Assembly: GCA_001029735.1 (NCBI GenBank)
Contig: CP011213.1
Location: forward strand, 591,929 to 655,928
Direction: 5' to 3'
Length of the DNA stretch: 64,000 nt
Source of the DNA: Berkelbacteria bacterium GW2011_GWE1_39_12
Lineage (GTDB): Bacteria > Patescibacteriota > UBA1384 > UBA12157
In this document: positions 37,147 to 48,321 of the stretch, one piece after another
Position numbering within the stretch: position 1 is the first letter of the stretch
Layout of the letters: every line of letters begins with the position of its first letter
Translations under genes and position numbers: made by a program
Notes under the pieces: generated by a model
What the model was told of the DNA's origin: nothing
Databases searched by the model: none
What the model saw: only the letters and a program-made list of their open reading frames with translations

Positions 37147-37156
37147 ATGATAAATT

Positions 37157-37960
37157 ATGCATAAACGAAAAATGATCAACAAGTGGAAAGGGGCGATTGT
37201 CGTTTTTTTGATTATACTCACTGGGCTTATTCTCTCTCCGACAAAGTATATGAAAAATATTCGAAACTCTTTTTGGGTTATGGCCAAGCCAGTTGGGCTA
37301 GGATTTCGGCATAGCGTTGGCCAAGCTTTTCCTTTTGTTAGGCAGATCCTTCAGATAGGTTATGTTGTGAGACAAAACTCTAACTTAATTTCTGAAAACC
37401 TGGGTCTTCAAAGCCAAGTAGCAAAAATGACAGAAGTTCAATACGAAAATGAAATCTTGAAAAAGGAATTAGGTTTTTTAAAAAATACCAATTCGACTAA
37501 AATCGTTCCGGCTGCTATTATCGGCCAATCAAGCGGCTATTTAAGATCTGTTGTGATTGATAAAGGTAAAAAAAATGGTTTAACAAACGGTGATGCTGTG
37601 ATTTCACAGGGGGTTTTGGTTGGCACTGTTTCCGATGCTAGAGATAATAATTCTGAAGTTACACTGGTTACAGACTTTAACTCTTTAATACCTGTAGTTT
37701 TGCAAGATTCTCGCGGAACAGGGCTTCTTCGCGGTGGTTTGCAAGGCATGATGGTAGATGAAGTTCCCCTCAATATTTCAATTAAAAAGGGTGAAAATGT
37801 TGTCACCTCCGGATTGGGTGGTCAGATCCCCGCTGGTATTTTGGTTGGTAAGACGACAGAGATTATATCTAAAGAAGGAGAAATTTTTCAAAAAGTGGCT
37901 GTTTCTTCACCAGTTGATTTTTCTAGGTTAGAAGTCCTTTTTGTAACAAAGAATGAATAA
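37157..37960 (+). CDS. mreC: rod-shape-determining protein MreC
   Basis: Sits after mreB. N-terminal TM helix plus coiled-coil, and a beta-rich C-terminal domain ('GDAVISQGVLVGTV', 'GENVVTSGLGGQIPAGILVG'). Confidence 0.75.
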   Translation: MHKRKMINKWKGAIVVFLIILTGLILSPTKYMKNIRNSFWVMAKPVGLGFRHSVGQAFPFVRQILQIGYVVRQNSNLISENLGLQSQVAKMTEVQYENEILKKELGFLKNTNSTKIVPAAIIGQSSGYLRSVVIDKGKKNGLTNGDAVISQGVLVGTVSDARDNNSEVTLVTDFNSLIPVVLQDSRGTGLLRGGLQGMMVDEVPLNISIKKGENVVTSGLGGQIPAGILVGKTTEIISKEGEIFQKVAVSSPVDFSRLEVLFVTKNE

Positions 37961-38426
37961 AATTTTAAAGATTATAATTTTCATTTTGATAGGCATTTTA
38001 CAACTCACCTTGATGCCGTTGTTGCAAATAAAGGGAATGATCCCGGATCTCGTTTTAATTGGCTGTGTGGTTTTTGCAATCGTTGATCTTCAAGACGATG
38101 CCTTGCTATTAGCCATTGCAGGTGGGCTCATTTTAGATTGGGCCGGTCCTTTATTTTTCGGTTTTCACACGATTGTCTTTGTTGGATTTGTGTTAATTAT
38201 TCGGTTTCTTTTGCAAAAAATTTTGCCAGATATGAATTCAATTTTAATATTTATAATTACATTTTTTTTCGCACTAGTTTATTCATGTTTTCAAAATTTG
38301 TTATATAACCGCTGGCCTTCATTGAATTTATTTTCCTACGGCTTGTATTCAGCCGTGCTATCAATTGTTTTTTTCTTTTTATTGCAACGGTTACACAACA
38401 ATAGAAATTTGGCGGTGAAGCTATGA
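37953..38426 (+). CDS. mreD: rod-shape-determining protein MreD (polytopic membrane)
   Basis: Position after mreC, about 5 TM helices, 157 aa. Confidence 0.55.
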   Translation: MNKILKIIIFILIGILQLTLMPLLQIKGMIPDLVLIGCVVFAIVDLQDDALLLAIAGGLILDWAGPLFFGFHTIVFVGFVLIIRFLLQKILPDMNSILIFIITFFFALVYSCFQNLLYNRWPSLNLFSYGLYSAVLSIVFFFLLQRLHNNRNLAVKL

Positions 38427-40318
38427 GTATATTTAGCCAGTATGATAAATATTTGCCGGGTGATAAAAAATACAGAAAAATAAAATTTAAATATTCAGAA
38501 TATCAATATTTTTCTGAAGAAGAGACTGAACTCAACGAAAAATCCCGAAATGTTTTTTGGCCTTTTTACTTAGTGAGTGCAATAGTCTTTACCGTATTGG
38601 TTTCCCAGCTTGTTAATTTACAAATTACCCAAGGTAGTTGGAATAGAGTTTTAGCCGAAGGTAATCGTATACAACAACAATATATTTCAGCGCCTCGTGG
38701 CATTATTTATGACCGTAAAGGGAAGAGCTTAGTCTTAAACGATGCTTTGTACCGTTTAAGTATTTATCCACTTAATTTGCCTAAAACCGAACAAGAGAGA
38801 AATGATGCGTTGGAAAAAATTAGCATTGCCACCAGTATTCCATCTTCGGAAATAAACGATAAAGTAAGAACAAAAGGCTATAGCAAGGCGGACCCAGTAA
38901 TTTTACGAGAAAATCTTGATCGCGATACTGCACTGCTTTTAGAAGTAAAAACAATGAACTTATCATCGGTTGTAATTGAAAAAAAACCGTCGCGTAATTA
39001 TTTGCAGGTTAGTGGGCTTTCACATGTTTTAGGTTATGTGGGAAAAGTGACAGAAAATGAATTAAAAAGTAATAGCAATTTTCAAGCCAACGAATTAGTC
39101 GGAAAAGATGGATTAGAAAAAACATTTCAAAGTTTTTTGAAGGGTCATGACGGTATAAAAGAAATTGAGGTTGATTCTCGTGGCAGAGTTCAGCGAGTCT
39201 TGTCAAATCTTGCCCCCCAGCCGGGCGATAGTCTGACTTTAGCGCTTGATAGTGGGCTTGAAAATAAGATGTCGCAAATTTTGCAAATAGAACTCGATAA
39301 AACAAATTCCAAGGCTGGGTCTGTCGTGGCAATCGATCCAAGAACTGGTGGGATTTTAGGAATGGTATCATTACCGAGTTATGATAACAACCTCTTTGCC
39401 AAAGGCATTTCTTTGAGCAATTATCAAAAACTTATCGATGATCCACTAAATCCTCTTTTCAATCGCTCAATTTCCGGTACTTATCCATCCGGTTCGACTC
39501 TTAAGCCTTTGGTAGCAGCTGCTGGTTTGGAAGACGGAACGATAACCGGCAATACCACACTAGACACCTCCATTGGGGCAATTAAAATTGGCAGCTGGAC
39601 TTTTCCGGACTGGAAAGTCCATGGATTGGCCGATGTTCGCAAAGCAATCGCAGAATCAAACGATATTTTTTTCTACGCTGTTGGCGGCGGCTGGGACAAG
39701 GTTAAGGGTTTAGGCGTGGAAAAATTACATGATTATCTAGTAAAATTTGGACTCAGTAAGCCATTGGGTATTGATCTTCCCGGTGAAGCAGGTGGATTAG
39801 TACCAACGCCAGAATGGAAACAGCGAGTTAAAAAAGAATCTTGGTACTTGGGTGATACTTACCACATGGCTATTGGCCAGGGCGACGTTTTAGCCACGCC
39901 CTTGCAGATTACCAACGCTATTGCCGCAATTGCAAACGGTGGTCAACTTCTTAAACCTTATCTTGTTCAAACGATTAAAGATAGTAATGGCCAAGTTATC
40001 AAAGAAACTCAAAAAACAGTTTTAAATAAGGATTTTATTTCTGGTGACAACATCCAGATTGTTAGAGAAGGTATGCGTCAAGCCGTCACCTCTGGAACTG
40101 CTCAACAGTTTAAAGACTTACCAGTCGAGGTGGCGGCTAAAACAGGGACAGCTCAGTTTGGCGACCAAGATAAAACCCATGCTTGGATGGTTGCTTTTGC
40201 TCCTTATGATGACCCGCAAATTGCCATCGCTGTTATCGTTGAGGGGGCAGGTGAAGGTTATGCGGCAGCTGGGCCTGTAGTTAAAGAAAGCTTGAATTAT
40301 TTTTTTAGTAATCCTTAG
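38423..40318 (+). CDS. mrdA: penicillin-binding protein 2 (class B transpeptidase)
   Basis: N-terminal TM helix, 'SGSTLKP' (SxxK), 'SND' and 'KTGTA' motifs. Sits in the mreBCD-PBP2 cluster. Confidence 0.8.
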   Translation: MSIFSQYDKYLPGDKKYRKIKFKYSEYQYFSEEETELNEKSRNVFWPFYLVSAIVFTVLVSQLVNLQITQGSWNRVLAEGNRIQQQYISAPRGIIYDRKGKSLVLNDALYRLSIYPLNLPKTEQERNDALEKISIATSIPSSEINDKVRTKGYSKADPVILRENLDRDTALLLEVKTMNLSSVVIEKKPSRNYLQVSGLSHVLGYVGKVTENELKSNSNFQANELVGKDGLEKTFQSFLKGHDGIKEIEVDSRGRVQRVLSNLAPQPGDSLTLALDSGLENKMSQILQIELDKTNSKAGSVVAIDPRTGGILGMVSLPSYDNNLFAKGISLSNYQKLIDDPLNPLFNRSISGTYPSGSTLKPLVAAAGLEDGTITGNTTLDTSIGAIKIGSWTFPDWKVHGLADVRKAIAESNDIFFYAVGGGWDKVKGLGVEKLHDYLVKFGLSKPLGIDLPGEAGGLVPTPEWKQRVKKESWYLGDTYHMAIGQGDVLATPLQITNAIAAIANGGQLLKPYLVQTIKDSNGQVIKETQKTVLNKDFISGDNIQIVREGMRQAVTSGTAQQFKDLPVEVAAKTGTAQFGDQDKTHAWMVAFAPYDDPQIAIAVIVEGAGEGYAAAGPVVKESLNYFFSNP

Positions 40319-40423
40319 TAATAACACATTGACTTTTAATTCAGGATATAATAAAATAACATTTGTAAGTGTATTTTGTGGGGGATTTTTATTTTTACAG
40401 CCCCCATTAATTGAGGATTTATA

Positions 40424-40867
40424 ATGTTTTTAACACAAAGCGGCTTGCAAAAGCTAAAAGAAGAATTGGCAGCCCTTAAAGGAAGACGAAAAGAAATTGC
40501 TGAGCGGATTAAAACGGCACGTGAATTTGGCGATTTATCTGAAAACAGCGAATATGAAGATGCTCGAAATGAGCAATCTTTTGTTGAAGGCAGAATTCAA
40601 GAGTTAGATGAAATGATTAAAACCGCTAAAGTGGTAGTGAAAAATGGTGGTGACAAAGCAGAGCTTGGTTCTATTGTTACGATAGATATGTCAAATGATA
40701 AAGTAACTTATGAGTTAGTCGGCGCTAACGAGTCCGATCCTTCAAAAGGAAAGATTTCCATTGAATCGCCAATTGGCCATTCGCTTCTGGGCCATATAAA
40801 AGGCGAGAAGATTCAAATTCATTTGCCGTCTGGCATTCTTGATTGTAAGATTTTAGACTTAAAGTAA
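40424..40867 (+). CDS. greA: transcription elongation factor GreA
   Basis: 'GDLSENSEYEDARNEQSFVEGRIQELDEMI' coiled-coil with the conserved acidic tip, plus an FKBP-like C-terminal domain. Confidence 0.85.
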   Translation: MFLTQSGLQKLKEELAALKGRRKEIAERIKTAREFGDLSENSEYEDARNEQSFVEGRIQELDEMIKTAKVVVKNGGDKAELGSIVTIDMSNDKVTYELVGANESDPSKGKISIESPIGHSLLGHIKGEKIQIHLPSGILDCKILDLK

Positions 40868-40966
40868 AACACAATATCAAAATTAGCGGTATGGGAGATT
40901 TAACAATTGCTTCTGGGCCGCTTTTTTGGTAAAATCAGGTTAAGTTAACGTTACAATGGAGGCCAT

Positions 40967-42526
40967 ATGTTTTGGGTTGACGAAATAATTGAAGACATTC
41001 TAAAAAAAACCAAAAAGGATTCATATTTAGTGACCGACTGGAAAACTCCATCGGGTCATATTCACGTGGGCGCGTTACGAGGGGTAATCGTTCACGATCT
41101 GATTCGTCGCGGGCTTTCTGATAGCAATAAAACCGCTTCCTTTCAATGGGGCTATGATGACTTTGACCCGATGGATGGTATGCCAATATATATCGACGAA
41201 TCATTTGATCAGTACATGGGAAAGCCTCTTTGTGACGTCCCAGCTCCTGATGCGAAATCTAAAAATTTTGCCGAACAATACGCAAATGAATTTACTCAAG
41301 TTTTTGAGGGAATTGGAATCAAGCCCAAAATTGTATGGACTTCTGAACTCTACAAAGAAGGAAAATTTAACGATTCAATAAGAATTATTCTCGATCATGC
41401 TGATCAAATTAAAGATATATATAAAATAATTTCTGGCTCCGAAAAGCCAAAAGATTGGTTTCCATTGCAAGTAATTTGTCCACAGTGTGGCAAAGTTGGA
41501 ACTACTAAAGTAATAAGTTGGGATGGCGAAGAAGTCGAGTTTAGCTGCGAAGAAAATTTAGTTGAATGGGCAAAGGGCTGCGGATATAAAGGAAAGATTT
41601 CTCCGTTTGACGGTAATGCGAAATTACCATGGAAAGTCGAATGGCCATCAAAATGGTTTTTGACTGGAACCGATATTGAAGGCGAAGGCAAAGACCATTC
41701 GGCAGCTAGCGGTTCAAGACAAGTAGCTGACGAAATTTATCGTAAAGTTTTCGATAAAATACCACCGTATGATATTCCTTACGAATTTATATTACTTGGC
41801 GGTGCAAAAATGAGCTCATCGAAAGGTCTTGGTGTTACGGCTAAGGATATTTCAGATCTTTTGCCCATGAATATTTTAAGATTTTTATTTACCAGAACTC
41901 GAGCAAAAAGAACAATCGATTTTGATCCGGAAGGCGACACTATTCCAAATCTTTACGATGAATACGATCGATGCTCATCGGCTTTCTTAGAAGATAAGAA
42001 TTCAGATTTAGGACGAGCTTTTTATTATGCAGAGGTTGATCTTGATAAAGAGCAACCAAAATATTTGTTACGTTTCTCTAAGATCGCCTACATGTTACAA
42101 ATGCCCCGAGTTGATATCTTTGAATATGCAAAAAATGAAAAAGGCTCAGCCCTTAATGAAATTGAAAAGCAAGAAATTGAAAATCGTATAATCATTGCAA
42201 AAAATTGGTTAGAAAAATTTGCTCCGGAAAGTTTCAAGTTTAATATTTCTGAATCGCTACCAGAAGAAGCGAAATATTTATCAAGTGAGCAAAAAGAATT
42301 TTTAGCCAAAGTATTGGAAGAAATAAAATCAAAAGAATGGACAGGTGAAGATTTACATAAAAGAATTCATGAAATTAAAACAGAAATTCAGATAAATCCA
42401 CGTGATGCTTTTTCAGCCATCTACCTATCTTTTATCGGTAAAGAATCTGGCCCGCAGGCCGGTTGGCTATTAGCAAGTTTAGATAATAAATTCGTTATCA
42501 ATAGACTAGAAGAGGCTTCAAGATGA
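40967..42526 (+). CDS. lysS: lysyl-tRNA synthetase, class I type
   Basis: 'PSGHIHVGALRGVIVHDL' (HIGH-type) and 'KMSSSKG' (KMSKS) motifs at 519 aa. The architecture matches class I LysRS (LysK). Confidence 0.75.
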   Translation: MFWVDEIIEDILKKTKKDSYLVTDWKTPSGHIHVGALRGVIVHDLIRRGLSDSNKTASFQWGYDDFDPMDGMPIYIDESFDQYMGKPLCDVPAPDAKSKNFAEQYANEFTQVFEGIGIKPKIVWTSELYKEGKFNDSIRIILDHADQIKDIYKIISGSEKPKDWFPLQVICPQCGKVGTTKVISWDGEEVEFSCEENLVEWAKGCGYKGKISPFDGNAKLPWKVEWPSKWFLTGTDIEGEGKDHSAASGSRQVADEIYRKVFDKIPPYDIPYEFILLGGAKMSSSKGLGVTAKDISDLLPMNILRFLFTRTRAKRTIDFDPEGDTIPNLYDEYDRCSSAFLEDKNSDLGRAFYYAEVDLDKEQPKYLLRFSKIAYMLQMPRVDIFEYAKNEKGSALNEIEKQEIENRIIIAKNWLEKFAPESFKFNISESLPEEAKYLSSEQKEFLAKVLEEIKSKEWTGEDLHKRIHEIKTEIQINPRDAFSAIYLSFIGKESGPQAGWLLASLDNKFVINRLEEASR

Positions 42527-43752
42527 TCGACATTAAATATGCACGGGAAAACCTAGCCGAAGTAAAAAAGGCGGTTGCCAAAAGACACAAAGATATTGAT
42601 TGGGATACTCTGTTAAAACTAGACGATGAAAGAAAAGAGCTTCAGAAAAGTCTAGAAACATTACGAGCGAAACAAAATGAGCTTTCTAAATCAAAAGAGC
42701 GATCAGATGAAGCGGTAGAAGTAAAAAGAATGATTAAAGATTTAGAGCCAAAGTTAGCTGAAGTTGAAGAAAAGTTTAAGCTTGCCATTATCGAAGTGCC
42801 AAATATTCCGCTAGATGATGTGCCAGACGGTGCCGATGAATCAAAAAATGTTGTAATCAAAACCGTCGGTGAAATCAAACGAAAAAATGGTAAAGACCAT
42901 TATGAATTAGCCAAGGCTTTGGATATTATTGATATAGAACGCGCTGCAAAAGTTTCCGGCAATCGTTTTTACTACTTAAAAAATCAAGCGGTTGAATTAG
43001 AATTCGCTCTTGTCCGATATGTTTTGGACATTGTTCAAAAAGAAAATTTTCAGCCGATAATTCCGCCAATTTTAATTAAAGAAGATATGGCTTGGGGCTC
43101 AGGTCATTTCGAAGCTATCAATGATGATGCATACCACACTACTCAGGATTCAATGGTGGCAGTGGGAACATCTGAGCAATCGATTTTACCATATTATGCC
43201 GGAGAAACTTTGACAGAAATGCCAAAGCGCTTTGTTGGTTTTTCCACTTGTCTGCGTCGTGAGGCTGGTAGCTATGGCAAAGATGTCGCCGGAATCTTAC
43301 GCGTCCACCAATTTGATAAATTAGAAATGTTTTCTTTTTGCAAACCAGAAGATTCCAAAAAAGAGCATGAGTTAATTATTTCTTTGGAAGAGAAAATCAT
43401 GCAAGGCTTAGAGCTACCTTATCAAATGTTGGCCTTGTGCGGTGGCGATATGGGTTTGCCTTCAGCTAAAACAGTCGATATCGAAACGTGGATGCCAAGT
43501 CAAGAAAAATACCGCGAAACTCACTCATCTTCAAACTGTACTGATTTCCAAGCGCGCAGATTAAAGATCCGTTACAAATTGCCTGTAGACGGAGAAAAGT
43601 CAATCTTAGTTCATACATTGAATGGAACTGCTTTAGCAATTGGTCGTGCCTTAATCGCTATTATAGAAAATTATCAAAATGACGATGGTTCGATTGATGT
43701 GCCAAAAGCTTTGCATCCTTATTTAAGCTTTACCAAAATCGAAAGGAAATAG
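42523..43752 (+). CDS. serS: seryl-tRNA synthetase
   Basis: N-terminal coiled-coil arm and class II motifs ('FRREAGSYGKDVAGILRVHQFDKLE'; 'GTALAIGRALIAIIENYQ'). Confidence 0.85.
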   Translation: MIDIKYARENLAEVKKAVAKRHKDIDWDTLLKLDDERKELQKSLETLRAKQNELSKSKERSDEAVEVKRMIKDLEPKLAEVEEKFKLAIIEVPNIPLDDVPDGADESKNVVIKTVGEIKRKNGKDHYELAKALDIIDIERAAKVSGNRFYYLKNQAVELEFALVRYVLDIVQKENFQPIIPPILIKEDMAWGSGHFEAINDDAYHTTQDSMVAVGTSEQSILPYYAGETLTEMPKRFVGFSTCLRREAGSYGKDVAGILRVHQFDKLEMFSFCKPEDSKKEHELIISLEEKIMQGLELPYQMLALCGGDMGLPSAKTVDIETWMPSQEKYRETHSSSNCTDFQARRLKIRYKLPVDGEKSILVHTLNGTALAIGRALIAIIENYQNDDGSIDVPKALHPYLSFTKIERK

Positions 43753-43755
43753 AAA

Positions 43756-44094
43756 ATGCGAGTTATTATTAAAACCAAAGGTGGGGATTTGCCACAAAAT
43801 GTTCGAGATTATGCAATGGAAAAATTCTCTAATTTAGAAAAGTTAGTAGAAGAGCCGGCAGTATGCGAAGCAATGCTCTTCGATGACTTTGGTCCGCAAG
43901 GCGGAGTTGATAAAACTGTTGAATTGGTGCTAACGATGGCAAATGAAAAGAATCCGATTCACGTCGAGTCTAAAGCAGTTGAATATTTGGCGGCGATTGA
44001 CATGGCGCATGATTGTCTTGAGTCTCAGCTAATTAAACATAAAGAAATGAAAAAAATTGGTGATCGTTATCCAAAAAAATATTTCGACAAATAA
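43756..44094 (+). CDS. hpf: ribosome hibernation-promoting factor / RaiA family
   Basis: 'MRVIIKTKGGDLPQNVRDYAMEKFSNLEKL' is a YfiA/HPF N-terminus, at 112 aa. Confidence 0.65.
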   Translation: MRVIIKTKGGDLPQNVRDYAMEKFSNLEKLVEEPAVCEAMLFDDFGPQGGVDKTVELVLTMANEKNPIHVESKAVEYLAAIDMAHDCLESQLIKHKEMKKIGDRYPKKYFDK

Positions 44095-44106
44095 TAAAGG
44101 AATTTA

Positions 44107-46692
44107 ATGCCGAACTTTTTTAGTAAGTTATTTGGTTCAAATGAAGGTGTGGTTAAAAGAATGCAGCCATTGGTTGATAAGATTAATAGTTATGAGGTAG
44201 ACTACGAAAAACTATCAGACGATGAATTAAAAAATAAAACTAAAGAATTCAAAGAAAGATTGGCGAAAAATGAAACGCTTGATGATTTAATGCCAGAAGC
44301 ATTTGCGTCAGTTCGAGAAGCCGCTAAGAGAACAATCGGACAAAGACATTTCGATGTCCAGCTTATTGGTGGTATTGTTCTTCATCAAGGTAAAATCGCA
44401 GAAATGAAAACCGGTGAAGGTAAAACTCTGGTAGCTACATTACCACTATATCTTAATGCATTAGAGGGCAAAGGTGCGCATTTAATTACAGTTAATGATT
44501 ATTTAGCTCGCTTTCACTGTGCCTGGATGGGCCAAGTCTACTATAAGCTAGGATTATCAACTGCTGTTATTAACCATGAAAAATCTTTTTTATATGTACC
44601 TGAGAAAAAAGACGCAGCTGTAGACTCTGATCAGGATCCAGTATCTATTGAATACGCTAATCTAAAAGAAATCTCGCGCAAAGCGGCTTATGCCGCCGAT
44701 ATTACATACGGCACAAATAATGAATTTGGATTCGATTTTCTGCGCGATAACATGGTCCAGACTTTAGAGCATATGGTTCAAAGAGATCTAAACTTTGCGA
44801 TCGTCGACGAAGTTGACTCGATTTTAATTGATGAAGCTAGAACTCCATTAATTATTTCTGCTCCAGCCGAAGAATCGGCTTCTTTGTATCGCAAATTTGC
44901 ATTGTTAGTTAAAAATTTAAAAGACAAAGAAGATTTTGCTATTGATGAAAAAATGCATTCGGTTACTTTAACTGATGCAGGTATTGATAAAGTTGAAAAG
45001 TCGTTGGGCATTTCTGAAATTTATTCGTCCGAAACTATTCATCTTGTTCATCATTTAGAAGAAGCTTTAATTGCGGAAAACTTGTACAAGCGCAATAAAG
45101 ACTACGTTGTTAAAGACGGCGAAGTAATCATCGTTGATGAATTTACCGGTCGCATGATGCCAGGCCGACGTTATAGTGAAGGTCTTCATCAAGCGATTGA
45201 AGCCAAAGAAAATGTGGAAGTACAAAGAGAGTCTGATACATTGGCGACCATTTCTTTTCAGAATTTATTTAGAATGTATAACAAGCTTGCCGGTATGACT
45301 GGAACCGCATCAACGGAAGCTGAAGAATTTTGGAAAATCTATAAATTGGATGTAGTTGAAATTCCGACAAATAAAGAAAATATTCGAAAAGATTCTCAAG
45401 ACCAAATCTATAAATCTGAGGATGCTAAATTTCATGCTGTAGCGCGCGAAGTAATTGAACGCAGTAAAAAAGGCCAGCCGGTTTTAATCGGTACTATTTC
45501 AATCGAAAAGTCAGAAAAGTTATCAAAAATGTTGAAGCGAGATGGTGTGAAACACGAAGTGTTGAATGCAAAACACCATGAACGTGAAGCGAAAATAATC
45601 GAACAAGCGGGCCGCGTGGGTGCTGTCACTGTTGCTACCAACATGGCCGGACGTGGTGTGGATATTATTTTGGGCGGCGTACCTTTGGATAAAGAAAAAA
45701 GAGAAGCAGTCGCAAAATTAGGCGGTTTACATATTATCGGTACCGAGAGGCATGAATCTCGACGTATTGATAATCAGCTTCGAGGTCGTGCCGGGCGTCA
45801 AGGCGATCCTGGTTCATCATTATTTTATGTTTCAATGGAAGATGATTTGATGCGTATTTTCGGTGGAGAAAAAATGAAGAATCTAATGGACCGTTTAAAT
45901 TTGCCAGATGATATGCCAATTGAACACGGTCTGATTTCTCGCTCTATTGAATCAGCTCAAAGAAAAGTTGAAGGACATAACTTTGATATCCGTAAACATT
46001 TAGTCGACTACGATGACGTCGCCAATAAACATCGCCAAGCGATTTATACAAAACGTCGCGCTATTTTACAAGGTGCCAATATTCATCAAGAAATAATTGA
46101 TCTGATGGATGATCAAGCAAAAGAAGAATATTTAACCAAATACAATAAAATCGGCGAAGAAGTGATGAGCCAAATTGAGAGAATGGTATATCTTCGCAGC
46201 ATTGATACAATGTGGATCGAACATTTAAACGCTATGGACATGCTGAGAGAGGGAATTGGGCTGCAAGGATATGGTCAAAGAGATCCGTTAGTAGAATATA
46301 AATCTCGGGCTTATGGTCTCTTTCAAAGACTCAATGAAGAGATAAATGGGCAAGTTGTTGATGTTTTGTTAAAAGCTGACATTCGTCCAGTTGAAAAAGA
46401 ATTGACAATCGAACAAGCGCCAATTAACCGTTCGATGCAATTGCAAGTCGCAAGTGAAGAAGAAGCGGCAGGGACTTTTGACAACGTTGCTTCATCGATG
46501 GGCGAGGAGCCAATAACTGTTGAATCGGACGCTACACCGGCCCCGATGACAAATAATGGCGTAGAAGTAACGGTTCGAAAAACCGGATCAGTCAATAATT
46601 CAACCACGCCATCTGCTTTCGGCGAAGTCGGCCGCAATGATCCATGCCCTTGTGGCAGTGGAAAAAAATATAAAAAATGTCACGGCAAATAA
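44107..46692 (+). CDS. secA: preprotein translocase ATPase SecA
   Basis: '[14 protein letters not shown]' Walker A, DEAD-like '[21 protein letters not shown]', and the C-terminal Zn finger '[14 protein letters not shown]'. Confidence 0.9.
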   Translation: MPNFFSKLFGSNEGVVKRMQPLVDKINSYEVDYEKLSDDELKNKTKEFKERLAKNETLDDLMPEAFASVREAAKRTIGQRHFDVQLIGGIVLHQGKIAEMKTGEGKTLVATLPLYLNALEGKGAHLITVNDYLARFHCAWMGQVYYKLGLSTAVINHEKSFLYVPEKKDAAVDSDQDPVSIEYANLKEISRKAAYAADITYGTNNEFGFDFLRDNMVQTLEHMVQRDLNFAIVDEVDSILIDEARTPLIISAPAEESASLYRKFALLVKNLKDKEDFAIDEKMHSVTLTDAGIDKVEKSLGISEIYSSETIHLVHHLEEALIAENLYKRNKDYVVKDGEVIIVDEFTGRMMPGRRYSEGLHQAIEAKENVEVQRESDTLATISFQNLFRMYNKLAGMTGTASTEAEEFWKIYKLDVVEIPTNKENIRKDSQDQIYKSEDAKFHAVAREVIERSKKGQPVLIGTISIEKSEKLSKMLKRDGVKHEVLNAKHHEREAKIIEQAGRVGAVTVATNMAGRGVDIILGGVPLDKEKREAVAKLGGLHIIGTERHESRRIDNQLRGRAGRQGDPGSSLFYVSMEDDLMRIFGGEKMKNLMDRLNLPDDMPIEHGLISRSIESAQRKVEGHNFDIRKHLVDYDDVANKHRQAIYTKRRAILQGANIHQEIIDLMDDQAKEEYLTKYNKIGEEVMSQIERMVYLRSIDTMWIEHLNAMDMLREGIGLQGYGQRDPLVEYKSRAYGLFQRLNEEINGQVVDVLLKADIRPVEKELTIEQAPINRSMQLQVASEEEAAGTFDNVASSMGEEPITVESDATPAPMTNNGVEVTVRKTGSVNNSTTPSAFGEVGRNDPCPCGSGKKYKKCHGK

Positions 46693-46718
46693 ATTTGTGC
46701 GGAGGTTTGAATTAAATT

Positions 46719-47165
46719 ATGGAAAGTAAAACATTAGATTTTTTAATTAAATCTAGACAAAGCACTTACGCATCCGGGATCAAGCCGAAAATTATTGACG
46801 GAGCTAATGTTTATACTATCAAAGATGGAGACTTGGAATATCGAGATGTGTACTACGATCAGCATTTATTTTTTCAAGGTCAAGAAGTTCTTATAAAAAA
46901 CGGAGCGCCAATTTGGTCAATGAGTTATCGTGGGGCGGCTATTGAAGATTTTGATCCTGGCGAAGTTTTTACGGTTTTGCAGAAACTTATTAAAGAAAAT
47001 GCGGACAAAGTTAGATTTGGCGATTTTTTTGAAAAATCCGAAGGTGGCTACAACTACGTGAGTAAAGGCGAGGGCAATTCAGATGAATTTAAAGGCAGAG
47101 AAGAAATGTACCAAAATAAAAAATTGGCTCACTGGATGGAATATTTTGCCGGAACTATTAAATGA
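46719..47165 (+). CDS. hypothetical protein
   Basis: 148-aa ORF with no recognisable motif. Confidence 0.35.
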   Translation: MESKTLDFLIKSRQSTYASGIKPKIIDGANVYTIKDGDLEYRDVYYDQHLFFQGQEVLIKNGAPIWSMSYRGAAIEDFDPGEVFTVLQKLIKENADKVRFGDFFEKSEGGYNYVSKGEGNSDEFKGREEMYQNKKLAHWMEYFAGTIK

Positions 47166-47386
47166 AGTTAGGCAAGTACAAACATTACAAAGGCGATCTG
47201 GTAGAAGTCATTGGCAAATCTTTACATAGCGAAACATTGGAAGAGTTTGTTACCTATAAACATATTTCTGGCAAAAGAAAAGATGAAGAATATTTTTGGG
47301 TAAGGCCGATTAAGATGTTTAAAGAAAATGTTATAATCGAAGGCAAAGAAACGCCAAGATTTGAATTTATTGAGGGAAAACAATGA
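47162..47386 (+). CDS. small DUF1653-like protein
   Basis: The 'YKHYKGDLVEV...EEF' pattern resembles the DUF1653 family, at 74 aa. Confidence 0.35.
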   Translation: MKLGKYKHYKGDLVEVIGKSLHSETLEEFVTYKHISGKRKDEEYFWVRPIKMFKENVIIEGKETPRFEFIEGKQ

Positions 47387-48321
47387 AGAAAAAAGTTGCA
47401 GTCTTATTTGGTGGGGTTTCACCTGAACATGAAGTCTCTTTGATTTCCGGTCAAGCTGTGATCGATAATTTGAACAAAGATCTTTTTGATGTTAGTCCTG
47501 TAATAATCTCGAAAAAAGGGGAGTTTGACGAAGAAAAGGTAAAATCAGCAGATTTTATTTTCCCCGTGCTTCACGGCATCGGTGGGGAAGACGGTACGAT
47601 GCAACTCTATTTAGAAGAATTGGGAAAGCCATATGCTGGTTGCGGTTCTAAGTCATCCGCGGTTGCACTTGATAAAATACTTTCGAAAGGAATTTGGCAA
47701 AATCATAATTTACCAATCCCCTCTTTTACTTATTTTAATAAGGATGAATGGGTTAAAAACAAAGAAGAAATAATCAAGAAAATTTCATTGCCAGGTTTTA
47801 TTAAACCTTTTAACACGGGCTCAAGTTTAGGAATTTCCAAAGTAAAAACTAAAGAAGAAATAATTTCTGCAGTTAACGAAGCCTTTAAAATTTGCGACAA
47901 AATAATCGCCGAAGAATCCATTGAAAATATCCGTGAGATCGAAGTGGGAATCGTTGGTAATAATGAATTAATTATTTCTAAGCCTGGCGAAGTTGTTCCA
48001 TGTGAAGAATTTTATACCTTCGATGCTAAATATAAGGGCAACTCAAAAATAATTATTCCGGCTGAAATTTCAAGTGTCAAAGTTACCGAAATTAGAGAAT
48101 TGGCCGAAAAAGCGTATAATGCTTTGGAGTGCCGCGGCTTTGCCCGCGTTGATTTATTTATGCAGAAGCCAGAAGGTAAAATATTTTTAAATGAAATTAA
48201 CACAATCCCCGGCTTCACTCAATTTTCAATGTTTCCAAAATTAATGGAAAATTCAGGGATAAATTTTGAAAGACTATTAAATAAAATAATCGAGCTAGGA
48301 TTAGAAAATGCAAAAATTTGA
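47383..48321 (+). CDS. ddl: D-alanine--D-alanine ligase
   Basis: 'KVAVLFGGVSPEHEVSLISG' N-terminus, an ATP-grasp fold, and the C-terminal 'FARVDLFM...NEINTIPGFT' motif. Confidence 0.85.
   Translation: MKKKVAVLFGGVSPEHEVSLISGQAVIDNLNKDLFDVSPVIISKKGEFDEEKVKSADFIFPVLHGIGGEDGTMQLYLEELGKPYAGCGSKSSAVALDKILSKGIWQNHNLPIPSFTYFNKDEWVKNKEEIIKKISLPGFIKPFNTGSSLGISKVKTKEEIISAVNEAFKICDKIIAEESIENIREIEVGIVGNNELIISKPGEVVPCEEFYTFDAKYKGNSKIIIPAEISSVKVTEIRELAEKAYNALECRGFARVDLFMQKPEGKIFLNEINTIPGFTQFSMFPKLMENSGINFERLLNKIIELGLENAKI

Noticed and set aside
40320-40423. Possible promoter (TTGACT ... TATAAT) and G5/C5 hairpin upstream of greA
   Set aside because: Hexamer spacing is about 12 nt, too short for sigma70. 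The TGGGGG/CCCCCA hairpin has a 16-nt loop and no clear T-tract, so the evidence is insufficient to annotate.
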